A stretch of DNA of 63,600 nt, filler included, from Gonapodya sp. JEL0774 (lineage: Eukaryota): assembly GCA_027604505.1 (NCBI GenBank). It is 13 parts of 13 records of this genome, joined end to end, with 100 filler letters (N's around TTAATTAATTAA, not from the genome) between each part and the next. Parts side by side here need not be neighbours in the genome. Positions count along the whole stretch, not along the records: positions 24,566 to 29,369 come from JADIIX010000852.1; positions 29,470 to 34,265 come from JADIIX010000853.1; positions 34,366 to 39,160 come from JADIIX010000854.1; 10 more parts are not named here. One strand, given 5' to 3'. The notes beneath the pieces were generated by a model. It was not told the DNA's origin. It saw only the letters and a list, made by a program, of their open reading frames with translations, and searched no databases. Position numbers and translations under genes: made by a program. Positions within the stretch are counted from its first letter, which is position 1. Every line of letters begins with the position of its first letter. Shown in pieces: positions 24,566 through 39,260 of the stretch.

Positions 24566-27500
24566 TTTTGACCCAATCCAGGGACCGAAAATGCCTATCT
24601 ATGGACCGTTTTTTCATGGTGCCAGTCCATTTTCTCCACGTCAGAGTCTCGCACCCACCCCGGCACTCTTTGCAGCCTCTCTGGTTGAAGTTCGAGTGGC
24701 GGACTTTGAGTTGTACTACGGCATCGAACAGATCTGTGACAAGGGACACAAGGGAATGAGTTCGCGAAAGGAACTTCAAATTCACCGTATTTACAATTCT
24801 TCCGGACGTCAAATCCTTGTTTTGGGACTGGTCAATCGGTGCAAGCATGATGACTGCAAGGCTCGAACGTATTGTACTCTGGATCCTGAGTGAGTGTTTC
24901 TGGAATTAATTGGATTTGCCCGTAAGTGTTTGACAGAGTTTGTATACAGATACATGTCTCAACTCCCAAAATCAGTCCTATTTGGTAAGATTAGAAAGCT
25001 GAACGCAGTGTTGATTTTCTTCCTGAACTCTGGCCGTTTGTTGACAAACACTAGACTTTGGTGTGGTCCCAAGCGAGAAATCAGGATTCACACAAAGTGC
25101 GCTAGATGATATTGATTATTTGGGATCAAGCATGCGCACCGCTTCAATTGCAAAGTTGTTCCAGCGTGAGTGGTGCCTGCGAGCCCTGTAACTGAAGTAG
25201 CGATAACAAATTTCATGCTCAATGGAAGGCCGTGAACAAACACTCTATGCACGTCTCCGCCTTTCATTCTACAAGCAGAGCAAGCTGTTCTGCGAAACTT
25301 TGTCTGGCAACGACAAACATGCTTTCCTTGAGTATTTCAAGACTTCTTCGAGCCGTTTTATGTATGCAAAAGACCTCGGGTTCGTTCAGTAATTCATGCC
25401 TTGCAACATTGATCTGGTGTATCGGACAATTCCATGACATATATCTGCTCTGCGTCCATTAGATTTGGTTTCCAACTGAGCTCCTCTTTCATTAGAGACA
25501 CAAGAAACGGCCGTTTGGGTCCAACTTATGAAGCTGATGCTCGCTTTCTCATGGCTCTATCAAGTCGAGGTGAGAAGAATTCATTCTCAGTTCCACACGT
25601 GCTATTCCTGTTACAGAAATTACTGAACGTACCAACTTATTTGGCCGTCCTTCTTCAGGTCACACTCTCATTTGCGACGACAACAAGAAGATTCCCCGGA
25701 GCTTGAACGTCGGTGGTATCCAGCCGTTTTCACAACTTGTCTCACTGATAAATCCATATGGTTGTGTTATTTTCATGGTGAGTGTACTGGCAGAGAACCA
25801 TATGTGTGTTATTCTTACCAGGATGTTCTTTTATAGCGCTTTTTGTATCGCGAGAACGGACAAGCAGAACTAGTCACCGCATTCAAGGAGGTTGTGCGGT
25901 GCTATGAGTCCAACAGTGAGGCCATGTTTGAGGAGGTGCATGTGGACGCACCCAGCCTCTTTGAACGTGCTATTAGGATTGCCACTGGGGACCCGAACGT
26001 GAGTGCCGCTCTCTTTGGATTGTCACAAATGAATGTTCATTATCCGGACAACTTCATTTCCATTTATTTTTGATTTGTATCTAAAGACCAACGTATCGGC
26101 TGATGTCTATCACATTCTCATGCATTTTGCTGAGGCATTGCCGAACTGTGCGAAGAATCCAAAAAGCAAGGCAGTGCTGAGATCAATAAGCGACTTTCTT
26201 TTGAAGACAGATGATCCAAATCTCCCAGTTTCAGAGCGGGTCAATATGTTGACTCAAACTATCCACCAGCATGACGACGGAAGCACATTCATTAAAAGTA
26301 TAGCCGCACCAATTCGATCGACTGTGGAGCTGCTGAAAGCAGGGAACTTGAACAGGCTTCGAAAACCAACCCTGCGCGCCGATGGAAGTGAGATTATTCG
26401 CACCGGAACCAACCAGTTGGAGGTTTGTAGTTCTTTTGATATCATGTTTCTTTTCATTAAAAGATGTTTCTGCGCAGGGACTATGGGGCAAATTGAACCA
26501 CAACACCGATTACCGAAGTGGTGGTCTCACTGCCATCCAGGAACTCAACAACTTCATTCGCAGTCGAAACATTGATGGCCTCCGAGACAGTGCTGGCGAT
26601 CCATTTTTTGTCCAAGCTCAACGGTGCTATGATATCCAGATTGTCGATGCTGCCAATGCTCTCGCAAATCAACTCCATCAGCTTGACGGAGCATTTGCAT
26701 TCCCCCGGTTACCAAGCATGTGAGTTGAAGCAGTATCAAGCTTTCTTGCATTTCTGATTCCTGTTTGCTCACTGGCTAGTCCCGAGAACATTCTTGCAAC
26801 CAAGTATCTTGTGGGACCTTCTCCTATTGGACCAAATCCATCGCCCCGCAAACGTGGTTACCAGCAGATCCAGTCAAGAGTTTTGTCTGAAGCTCAAGAA
26901 AGTGAAGGCCAAGATGATATCGTGGAAAGGGTACTGCAACGTGTGGGAGGTTGCAACTTGGACTTGCCCGCGACAAGAGATGTGAGTCAATCTGCGGTCC
27001 ATGTTTCATTTCTTCAGGCATCACGCTTAGCACCTGGTGAGACTATTCCAACAGGAGCTTTCCAATGGTTTGCGGAGCATCAGCCCATCGCTTGAAGTTG
27101 GTGAAGGTCTGGCCGGTTACTGGTCTCAAGACTCTGACGAGGTTGCTCCTGACGTTGACACCATGGACTGTGACAAAGTTCCCTCAGCGAAGCGACGTCG
27201 ATTTGACATGGAAGTTTCCTCTGACTCAGATGTTGACTCCAGGGTAAGTGTATGTTATGTGGGATTTGAACTTCAAACCTCGGTCAACCTCACGTGCAAG
27301 CCATCGCCCCAGGCCACGTCTCCGCACAAAATTGAATCATCCGAATCAGCTTCCAGGGCAAATCCCCTCGCCACTCCGTCTCTTGACCTGCGTTTCATTG
27401 CATCCTCTTCGCCAGTCTTATTTACTCCGCCGCCGTCCTTGAGTTCAAACTTGTCGGCAGCATTCAGCTCACAGAATCCTCCTCTGTCAAATCAAAAAGC

Positions 27501-28570
27501 AACGAGTCAATCGCAAGCAGCTGTTCTCAGACAGAGCTTGCTCAACAACTTCGGGCTGTCAAGAAATTCTCGGCCCTCTGCTCCGAAGCGGCCCAGCATA
27601 TCTTCTGGAGTGGTCTCGGCAACCCCGTCAAGCTCCTCCCTTACACTGTCCGGCACCAGTGGCTCGTCCTCAAGTCTCGATGCTGGGCTTCCATCTTCCA
27701 GAGTTGCATCATCCTCCCGGCGGCTTGTTTCGTCCTCGGCATGGTTCCAAACTGCAACAGGCACCAGCATCCGCGAGAGGATGCCACTCAACTCGCGTGA
27801 GCACAATCTTGTTGGAACACTTCGAGTGGAGCTTGGCCTGCATTCTAGAACCGCCAAGGCGACGGAGTGGAATCATTTCAAAGCAACTTATGAGGAACGG
27901 ATCATGGGACAGTCGGAAGAGGACTTGGACTGGAAGGGCTCCAAGTGGGCAATGGTTTGTGGACGTAAGGCAATGGAGAGACTAAAGGATGAAGTTCAGG
28001 GGTGGGAGGGTATTGTAGTGAGGTTACCTTTGATTGTCTCGGTCGTTGGCAGTCCTCAAACCATTTGAACTCAATATCTAGGAACGCTGGAAGCGCCAAA
28101 GGTCCGACCATCCTCCGGACTCTGAAGAGTATCATCGGAATGAAAGACGAATCGGCCACTTTGATGTCAACCCAGTTGCTGCAGCTGGAGTCCGATTGAA
28201 CAAGTCCACTGGACTTCCAAGGTGAGCTGAGTAGCTTGTCTTCTTCTGGTGATCTTACATCAATTCAACGCTCAAACTTTGTTTTAGGCGTGAGCAAACG
28301 TGCAAGCGCTGCCAGGCCATCAAAACTGGTGCCGACCGCGATCAACCTCACCCTAAACTGTACTGTGCAGACGGCGTGGGTATCAAGAAGACCGAGATCC
28401 CGTTTAACTTATTCCCTGGTTTATTTGTCAATGATGTTCTTCAAGACCGTGTATTGAGGGATATGGTCGGTGGGCGGGTTCATGGATTTGCGATCTCCAA
28501 AGCGGAGATGGAGTCCATCTGGATTCCAAAATTTATTGGTCTTAACTATTCGATCCCTAACGCATTGTGA
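24566..28570 (+). CDS. Dada-like DDE transposase (DUF6729-like N-terminus, D-D-DxxH-E core, Ser-rich linker, C-terminal CxxC-H-C Zn finger); multi-intron, probably 5' partial
   Basis: Spliced model: HRIYN..LVNRCKHDDCKARTYCTLDPEYMSQLP; LICDDNKK (D 25676); VHVDA (D 25945); ADVYH (26102-26113); RTGTNQLEGLW (E 26420); C-terminal TCKRC..HPKLYCADG..PFNLFPG; stop at 28570. Confidence 0.72.
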
Positions 28571-28682
28571 AATTGAATTAGAATAGCAAATAATAATGGC
28601 TGGTCTACTTGTGCTTTGCGAAGAACTGTGACAGTTAACTGCCGTGGGAAGTGTTGACCACCAGGCGCTGCACGCGCCAGGG

Positions 28683-28763
28683 GGAAAAGTCCCGCGCTTC
28701 GCACGGGAAAAGTCTGGAAGGGGTCTGGGGAAAAGTCTGTAGACTTTTCCTGGCGGAAAAGTC
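28683..28763. repeat. Cluster of five GGAAAAGTC 9-mers (4 direct, 1 inverted), candidate transposase-binding sites
   Basis: Direct copies at 28683, 28706, 28729 and 28755; inverted GACTTTTCC at 28742. Forms GGAAAAGTCT-gt-AGACTTTTCC-tggc-GGAAAAGTCT. Confidence 0.85.
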
Positions 28764-29469
28764 TGGTAATGACCAATTTACCGATTTGTACGGCCGAATT
28801 AACAGTAATAGGTCATAATTGACTCCGTGCGAATTTCGGTGGTACAGTCATTGTCGAACTTGCACCAGCTTATCTGTCTGTCAACAACGACCTGACGAGG
28901 TCCCAAAAACCCATCGGTCGAGTACATACATAACACCTGCCTCGGTCCTCCTCACCGGATATCATGTACATTAGGAGCTTTTGTCGCCCTCACTCTTATC
29001 ACTCCTTCCACCTTTGGCACCCTTCCTTTGCTTCGAACCTCCTCCGTGAACTTCACGGACGTGTTGCGGGATCCATTCAGAGTCGAGTGTGGGTTTCACC
29101 ACGGGTGCCGACGGGTCAACGGGGACAGCTGCAGGGCGCGCGGTCCGCGTCCGGGTGGGTTTCTGGAGAGGTGGTTTTCGCAGGTCGTCAAACGAGAAAG
29201 CGAGATCGACTAAAAGTGGATTGTCTCACCTTGGCGGTCTGTGGGAAGAATTGTGCCTTGGCGAGCAAAAAGGCTCCGTAACCGAGACCACCGAGGATCG
29301 CATAGAGGACCAGCCTATGATGCGGAAAGCAATAAGGGTGATCACAGGATGATTGCAGACGAACGGCTCNNNNNNNNNNNNNNNNNNNNNNNNNNNNNNN
29401 NNNNNNNNNNNNNTTAATTAATTAANNNNNNNNNNNNNNNNNNNNNNNNNNNNNNNNNNNNNNNNNNNN

Positions 29470-31764
29470 CTCCCCATTCCCATTCCGCACCTACCATCTC
29501 TTCCCATCAGCACAGCCACCCTCTCGAAATCTCCAATCTTTTATCCTATCCTACCACAGAATACGTTCTCACCTGCGATCTCTTCCCCGTTTTCTTTGGC
29601 AATCCATCCAACATGGCTCTCGCCTATCGAACGGACTATATCTCGCCAAGGCAGACTCGACGAGTACCGTTGGGTGGGTGGAATGCCCATGACCTTGCAA
29701 CTCGGCGGTCAGGACACTTCCTCACCTGCAAGCCAAGATCCATGGGTTCCACTCAAGATCTCACACCGGCTAAATCCAAGTTTCGCCCGCTCTTTCATCA
29801 CTTCATCACTCTCATCTGCAACCAGCACTCTCAAGGCATTCCCGGTTGCGATCCGCTTCCCCCCCGCTGCCTTGGTGTCGCAAGGGATGGGGGATGCAAA
29901 AGTGCCGGCAAGGGTCGGATGGATAACGAGCATTGGTGCTAATGGAGTGGAGTGGGGTGAACCTGCAACCAGGGAAGAGGGAGAGGAAAGCGTGCCACAG
30001 GAAAGCGAGATCTTAGGTAAACGTCAAATGCACAATCGGTCTTTGCTTTTTGAGTGATCTCTTCATTTTCCTCCATCCCAATCAGTCGGGGGTTACATTG
30101 ATCCAACTTTGCCGTTTCCGTCATACCGTGCGTATCGCGAGTCGCGAGTGGGGGGTTCAGATGATGGTGGCGACGCGGGCGAGGCAGGAGGAAATGAAGG
30201 AGAAGATAGGGAAGTCGAAGTGGTGGGAATTGGGTGAGTCTGCTAATTTTTGCATCTGGTGGTGTATGTGATGATGTTAAGACTTGTTTCGGCACATGGT
30301 TGGATGCGTCAAATTGCGACCGTTGTCACAGCATGCTCCGCGCCATTTTCCCCTCCCTCGCTCTTCACGAGAGACGAAGAGTGGCAATCCAGTGTATTTT
30401 TACCGCAGTTGTAGTAGGAGGATTGCTGGAGAGGATAAGGAAGGCTTTGAACGAGAGAATCAAGGGGAAGGGAACAGCGAGGACGTCCGTGGAGTCAGAA
30501 TGGAGGTCCACAACGCCATCCAATGCTGAGAGTGAGTTCTGCTTTCTTGGAAACCCGATCCAGTGCTCCCCACCTCCATAGACCATCTCTCACGTCCGTC
30601 AGACCAAATTCTCGGAACCGTGCCCAGCACACCACTCAAGTCGTCTAGCGTCCCTAGTCAGCGCATTCCGTCGTCCGTAGAATCTGTACGATCACCTGGA
30701 TTCCGTCTGCCTCAGCGAAGTCCGTCACCGTACTCCGCGTCGGCCCAACGGATGCGACGCGATGGTGCCAATAGTAGAGTAGATGGTAATTCGGGATTGA
30801 GATCTGGCGGGAGCGGGAGTGGACACGGGCGCAGGAATGGAGGTGGTGAGGATGAAGACAGGGATGAATTTGTGGATGCACCTGAGGCCATGAGGTGGGC
30901 ATACGTGAGCAACATCTTAAAGTCTTTCATAAGCGAGACTGAAACTGTCACTCCTCTATCATGAATCCCGCTATGATCAGTCCCACAACCATTGCTCCCC
31001 CTACTGGAAGCGGTGGTAGTCCGGGTGTACCTGCGGATGGGCTCAATACGAGAACATTGTGCGACTACAAACCCGGGGTTATGGAGAAGCACGTGCACCC
31101 CATGGTAGTGCGCTTTGCAAACGGGGAGGTGGGACGGATGAATGGAATGACGTTATTCGTAGTCGGCTCATTCTTAACACCTCCACTTCGTTCCTGTCAG
31201 GAAATTGCCGATCTGGGTCATACTACGCCACCGCCTCCAATCACGTTTACTTTCAACTCGATAGCCGACCCAAGCGTGTACCTAAATGCGCTCATCGGTG
31301 CCAACATGTTCCACTTTCAACCTCTCGATGGCCCCGCAGATCCGCTCGCGAGAGATTTGACGGTGGGCGTGTCGCTGGTGACAGCTCTAAGGGGTATCAT
31401 GGATCAATTGCAGTGGCGTGAGTGTCTGGATATTTTGAACAAATTGAGAGAAGGAGGTCGGCAGTCGAGAGAGAATGCCACCGCAGGTTCTGCACTGTTG
31501 GAGAGCTCTGAAATAGAGGAGAGTCTATCAACATTAGAGGCTGCGATCGTGAATTTGGAGAAAGTGAAGGGCAGGACCGTGGTATGTGTGGTGGACTTGG
31601 TTAGAGATGCGACAGAAACTTCGTACTTCGCAACAGACTTTGATCTCGACGACGAGGGCCGTGTACGGGGTTTGAGAGCAGAAGGCAAGATGGTGCGATG
31701 CATGCTATCCCAGATCTACCTCGTGGATGTAGAGGAAGATGAGGTACTGGACATGCTCCCGTGA
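29470..31764 (+). CDS. Uncharacterised multi-exon protein(s), 5' partial
   Basis: Successive + strand ORFs (29596, 30050, 30234, 30563, 30961) with splice-like boundaries, ending ..MLSQIYLVDVEEDEVLDMLP*. May be one or two genes. Confidence 0.5.
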
Positions 31765-32007
31765 AACGTGTGGTGCGCATGCAGATAATACAGACACCGG
31801 GGTCAAAATTGTGAAACGTCTTCGTCGCAACTCTCGCTGTAGTTTTACTAAATGTTTACAGAGGTTTTATAGTGTACATAAGGTATGCGGTATACTTTGG
31901 GCACTGCATCAATTTTCACGAATATTCCAAAGGTAAATCGAAGCAGACCTTATTATGTCTCCAGCCTCAAGTGCATGCCCACAGACGAAGTTACAAGCAG
32001 GTTGCAA

Positions 32008-34265
32008 TTACCACAATGCTGGTAGTGCTGGCCCTTGCGCGGATGTGGGTATGAATCCTTGCAATTCTGAATTGTGTCCGTGTTGATATGTGGATGCTGG
32101 TGGGTTGTGGCGGGATTGATACAGCAAATCTCCGAATGGATATCCAGGAATTGAGCCTGACTGGCTCATTCCGGAAGACGCAACCTGTCGTTGGGTACTA
32201 AATCCGGTCCCGAACATATTAGCTGCAGAGGAAGTTGCGCGATGTTCCAGTCGACCATGCTCTGCATAGTCTTGAGACGATGTGTTGTATCCTGCGGTGT
32301 TGAATGTAGAGGAATCGACGTCACCAGAATATTCCGCTGCTGGGGTCGAGACACTACTGAAGGACGTCTGAGACCGGGTAGGATAATTAAAGAGTGCAGG
32401 AGGTCTCTCATACGGTTGTCCAGTGACGTTATGGATCGGGGCACGAGCATTCCTCATGGCGTAGCTTGATGAGGTCGAATTCATTTCGTCACCCCTCGCT
32501 GCGTTACGCAAAGACTCAGAGCCGACCATCACCGGCGTTACAGACATCGTACCCGCGGACCCCTGAGGCGGCTGACCAGGTGGCTGTTGCTGCCCTTGCT
32601 GCAACTGCCACCATCGCGCATCAGTCACACCACCAATACCAGGCGTGCCGGGGCTCAATGGTCTGCTCGGATGCATCACGCTCCCAGACAAGGAACCCAT
32701 CGCCATATTTGATGGCCCCATCGGAGAAAATTGACTACCTGGTGCAGAAACAGTCGTTGGACGCTCTCCACCGTGTGAGTTTGTCGCAAGTGAGCGTCCA
32801 TCGGATAAGCAGAGCTGCTGAGTGGTCATCGATGAGTGAAGAGACTGTATGAAATTCCGTTCGTCGAATCTTTCGAAAGATTCGTCTTGGAGAACGCTGG
32901 GGATCTCCGAATACGGCACAATCGCACTTCCAGCATTTCCTGTCGATGGAGCGGTTACTGACGCATTCCCAGTCTGATGAATAGTACCCCGAGGTATTTG
33001 ATTCAACATGGATAGAAAAGCTTCTCGTTGTTGCATAGCGATCGGTGGTGTTTGGGGGGTGTTCGCGCCAACCATCCCACCCAAAGTGGACGGGGGAAAG
33101 TTTGACATATCACCCCTGCCAAAATAATCCGTCGAAAATTCCCCAGTAGATTGTACGGACGGCGGCCTCGGACTCAGAGATATCATAGGGCTCGGATTTT
33201 GCATATTATACGGAGCGCGGTTTGGAAAGGAAGAATCAAAACTGTGACTCAACATTAGTTTCAATTTGATTTGATATATGTGAAAAGCAATCTATCTCAC
33301 CTGGGCATCACACCTTGGAAGCTAGCTGAAGTACTTTCCGACAGGTTTCGCCGTGTCAAATTGCCTTGAGGTCCCTGGCTTGAACTGACACCCTGCATTA
33401 GCTGGCTTGTCCGAGTGGTCGAAATGCCTGGTGAAAGTAGTGGCAAAGACCCAACTGACCCTGCATTCGACAGCGAGGTGGGTGTGGATGCTGGCCGTGA
33501 AGGAGGAAGGTTTGTCGCCGAATCTTGCAGTGACAGTGTTCCCGACCCTGTCTGCGACGTGTTGATTGGAAACCACGCCGAAGAAGAGGGTATCGCTTGA
33601 GTCTGCTGGCCTGATAAGGAGGCGGGCATGGCAGTGGAAGGTAGGCCACCGGCGCTTGTGTTGTAAACTGATGGAGCCGGAGTGGGAAAATTTGCCGATG
33701 CAACAGGTGCAATTGCCGGTGGAAGACCGAATCCAGCTGGGAGGGATGATGGCGCTGAAGGAACGCGCTGTATTTGTTGCATCGAAGATGAGAGGGGCTG
33801 TTCAATTGAACCGAGAGCGTTCGTGCGCGCACACTCCTTCATTGCGCAAACGGTGAATGACAGTCAGTCACACAACAGAGCTGATTACCTTAAAAGCCAC
33901 TCACTACATTGCTATAATCTTGCAAGTTCGATGGTAGAACTTGTTCCATCCGTGACTGCCGCGTGGGGGAACGTGAACCCTCCGCCAAGGCAGCAGCTTG
34001 CATCGCAACTGACAAGGGTACTCCGGGGCCGCCTTGGATTCCCCCGAGACCCGCCATTCCACCGACAGTTGGGCTTAAAAGCGCGGGGGACACAGGCCTG
34101 CCGGTCGCTACAAGTACGTCTGGGCGACCAAGTAAAGGACCAAAGCCTGGCTGTGACACAATCGGCCCACTGTGCACACGTCGGTGCACAGCAGACTCTG
34201 CGGGCGACACTGGTCCACCTACAGCGGCGTTTCCCATCCGAGTATCAATAGGAGGCACGGTCGCC
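32008..34265 (-). CDS. Low-complexity S/P/Q/G-rich C-terminal region of a large (possibly regulatory) protein, 5' partial
   Basis: Three long consecutive minus-strand ORFs (33890, 33297, 32008) separated by intron-sized gaps; no globular domain visible. Confidence 0.6.
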
Positions 34266-34365
34266 NNNNNNNNNNNNNNNNNNNNNNNNNNNNNNNNNNN
34301 NNNNNNNNNTTAATTAATTAANNNNNNNNNNNNNNNNNNNNNNNNNNNNNNNNNNNNNNNNNNNN

Positions 34366-35252
34366 TACTGGACGAGGACTAAGAAATCAGGCAACATCGT
34401 CATTACATCGAGTGCCATGGGATTCTTCCCAATGCAGTGGCCGTTCAAGGACGTTGGGTACAGCACGAGCAAGGCGGCATTGAGTAAGTTTGCAGTTTCC
34501 TGATCGTGCTGATCGCCTCAGTAATGATTCCGTTCTCTTTGTGTACTTGGGATGTCGTGCTTTCCTTCAGACGCATTCGGTAAGCATACGGTCGCGATTA
34601 CCGGTAGGAACATTGCTGACACTACAGGCATCGAATCGGTAGTCTCCGTTACCCAAGTGGCTCTGGAAGCCTCTGCACGCGAGCAGAAGGTCAAAGAGTC
34701 TTCGATCAGGCTGAATACTATCATGCCGGGATGGGTGGTGAGTGTGGTATCGGAGTAAACCAAGGGAGTAGTCAGGAACATGACATAAGGAGCCGACCAT
34801 TGGGTTTCCTTTCCTGACCTTTTTAGTGGACACCCCTTCTGCTCAAGGGACCTTTTGCGGTGAGTGTCGAGCACGAATACTTGGTCAGTGTGTCGAGTCC
34901 ACCTAACACACCAGGCGTGCCTTTCGCGATGAAGAAAATGGGCCTCAAAAGCAAGGCTGATTTCGAAAAGTATCTCGGCAAGGTATTCCTAGAACCTAAT
35001 GGCGGATGGTGAGCCTCAGATAAGCATAAATTCAGAAAATGCGAATGTTTCTGGTATTGAGCCATGTCTTCCAGGACGCCGATGGACAAGCTCGTGGATG
35101 CCTATCTCACGTGCGTTCTCGATAACAACATTCGAGGAAAATCTTTCGTGGTGAACGGAGCGGGTGGAAAGATGCTGCAGTACCCGAAACCAGAGGCAAT
35201 CGAAAAGGGAGGGCAGATGGAGTTCTTTGGAAACTATGTTTCGAGTCTATGA
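34366..35252 (+). CDS. Short-chain dehydrogenase/reductase, C-terminal half
   Basis: GNIVITSSAMG, catalytic YSTSK, IRLNTIMPGWVWTPL, GKSFVV. Confidence 0.85.
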
Positions 35253-35465
35253 GTGTAATCGTGCTGGTTTTCCTGTATTTTTCCGTGTAGATATGCCCAA
35301 ATTGAAAAATGGGTTTCGAAAGAGTCTAGTCCGCAGATCCAAGAGACATATCGTGGTAAGAGGAGTACCGATCAAACAAATTAGAGCTCTGAGAATTCAG
35401 ATCCTTGTTGTTTTCGGAGCCCTTCGTTTGCCAGGGATAATTGGGGATCGGGTGAATATCTTTGC

Positions 35466-37611
35466 ATGACATCCGGAAACTCTCCGATCGTTCGAATCGC
35501 CCAAGGTGCGCTTCGTGGCATAGAGACAAGCGTATGCCGAAAGTTTTTGAATATCCCTTGTGAGTGGCGATGGATGGCTGTTCGAACCCATGCGGCAGGG
35601 TTTGCTGACGAGCTGGTCAATTCGTCGTAAGATGCCCTTCCTCCGGTACGATGGAAATCGCCTGTGACTCCGCCGGCTTCGTGGGATGGCGTGCGCGATG
35701 CCACGGAGTAAGTGATCAGCATATCATCATGTCACGCGTTTGAAGTCCGAAAGATGAAGTATGTTCTGCCCAGTAAGGTACGGAAACATATGCCCTCAAC
35801 CAGCACACATTGAATTCGATGGAGAACCGCCATTTCAACCAGAGACTCAGCCAATGTCCGAAGACTGTCTCAACCTCAATGTCTACACACCACTCGTGTT
35901 GGATCGCAGCTCGGGGACACTTGCCCTGCTGCCGGTGATGGTATGGATTCACGGAGGAGCATTCCTGGGCGAAAGCAATTCTACACCATTGTACAGAGCT
36001 GATGAAGTGGTCGCGGATTTTGAGGTCGTGATTGTGACCATAAACTACCGTTTGGGTGAGTAGGAGTTACTGCATGCACGGCGAGAAACTCTGAACGCGT
36101 GGAACTCTCTCTACGCGGCGCCAAAATCAGGTATTTTTGGATTCTTTGCTTCGAATGAACTGCGGGATGAAGCGAAATTGGATGGGACTGGCTATGGCAA
36201 CTATGGTGAGCACTGCAGACGGTTTCACTAGATCTCTTGCTCTCTAATAAACAATATTTGCACAAACCTTCCTCCGTTTTCGTCTCCCTGCTCTGGACAG
36301 GGATTCTCGATGCTATAGCAGCTGTTGAGTGGGTCACGGCTAATATCTCTGCGTTTGGGGGAGATCCTTCCAGGATTACCGTCTATGGAGAAAGTGCAGG
36401 CGGCAGTGAGTCGCTGACAGTCTCTGACACACTGCGAATGCTCCTTACGTTTCGTGCACTTGCTTCCAAGTTATTACTGGCTTACTTTGCAGATATGCTC
36501 CACACCTGCATATTCGCCGGGCGATCATGCAGTCTGGTACATGCTACGGTCCCCCGTCTATGCCCGGGCATATTGAAGGACTCTCTCCTCTCGAACATCA
36601 CTTGAAGTCTTCGACGAACTCACTGACCGTCTCCGACTTGCGTTCCTTGTCTACGGACACGCTTCTTACCTTGACCCAGGAGACCTACGAGTCGAAAACG
36701 GGGCCTCGCCCACCACCGTTGAAACCTGTTCGAGACGACGATGTACCTGGTGGTCTCTTCAAGAAGGATCAGGATGCATTCCGCGTGAATCCAAATTTGG
36801 ATGCTGTCATCATTGGAGACACGGACGACGGTGCGTGCACGATTTTTGTACGGACCGGATATTGAGTTTAGTTGATACCACACCGAGTGAAGAGGGTGCA
36901 TACTTTGCGAATATGTTCATCGGCTCAAATGGTCCATATACCCCCAACCGTCTCGAGAGCTTCTTCCCCTCACCGTTGGCAGACACTCTCAAGAGTCTGT
37001 ACACACCGATCTATGCTGATGGATCCGAGGCTTCGGTGAAACGTGCGGCGGAGCTGTACTTCTCTGAGAGATTCCAAGTTGGACAAAGGGTGGCCCTGGA
37101 CGTTATAGCAGAAAAGGTCAAGGTATTCGGGTGAGATGGAACTGCCATTGCAAGAACAATCATGAAGCAACGCGTCTGGACCTTTTTATGCCTGTAGGTA
37201 CCGGTTTGCAGCCACTTGCAAATCCGCGGAGGATCGTGGCTTGGGCGCTTGTCATGGTGTTGAGCTGCCGGTCAGTACTTGTGGTCATAACGATCACAGA
37301 TGTATTGCTTACATAACCAATTCCTGGGCTTCGTTTACCGTTTCCCGACCGACCAGTATGTTTTCAACCACAAGTCAGCGCTACGACCTCACGAACTCCC
37401 TCTGGCGCATGCTCTGCTGAGCAACTGGACACACTTTGCCGCCTCTGGATCCCCCCATTCCATTGAATGGGAGCAGTACACGAACACAAATAGACGTGTG
37501 GTAGTGCTCCAAGCTCGAGACCCACTAATGAGAATGGTAGGAAGAGATGAGGTGAAGAACTTTAGTGAGCAGCGCATGGATTTCTGGAGCAAGTTGAGCA
37601 TGAGCACATGA
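35466..37611 (+). CDS. Type-B carboxylesterase, copy 1 (multi-exon)
   Basis: [56 protein letters not shown]. Confidence 0.93.
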
Positions 37612-37868
37612 TCAGAGATATTTTGTTGGTGTGGCACCACACTGGAGCGAACTGAAGACTTACACCACTACAGACTCAGACTCTTAAGTGGATTTTATCT
37701 CGTTACATTATGCTGTTGTATTTCGACATTGTTGTTTCCTCAATTGGCGGAAGCGAAGTTTGACTTTCTCGCCACCTGCGGCTGAATGAGGTATTGCCGT
37801 GGACTCGGGAACACGCAGCACCTGAAGCCGATCCTGAGTTTTCACTTCGAGCAGCCGGAGATCACACC

Positions 37869-39160
<1,292 letters not shown>

Positions 39161-39260
39161 NNNNNNNNNNNNNNNNNNNNNNNNNNNNNNNNNNNNNNNN
39201 NNNNTTAATTAATTAANNNNNNNNNNNNNNNNNNNNNNNNNNNNNNNNNNNNNNNNNNNN

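Larger units (their letters stand above)
24566..28770 (+). mobile_element. Putative Dada-superfamily DNA transposon (right part)
   Basis: Transposase gene followed ~110 bp downstream by a subterminal-type repeat cluster. The left end is missing, so TSD and termini cannot be verified. Confidence 0.6.

Noticed and set aside
28770..29369. Expected small-RNA (U1/U6/tRNA) target remnant beside the Dada-like element, and the palindrome tccgtgaa-c-ttcacgga at 29043
   Set aside because: No recognisable snRNA or tRNA sequence by eye, and a single 8-bp inverted repeat can occur by chance.
30310..30330. CDRCH, a c-type heme-binding CxxCH motif
   Set aside because: Isolated motif in an uncertain reading frame with no cytochrome context.
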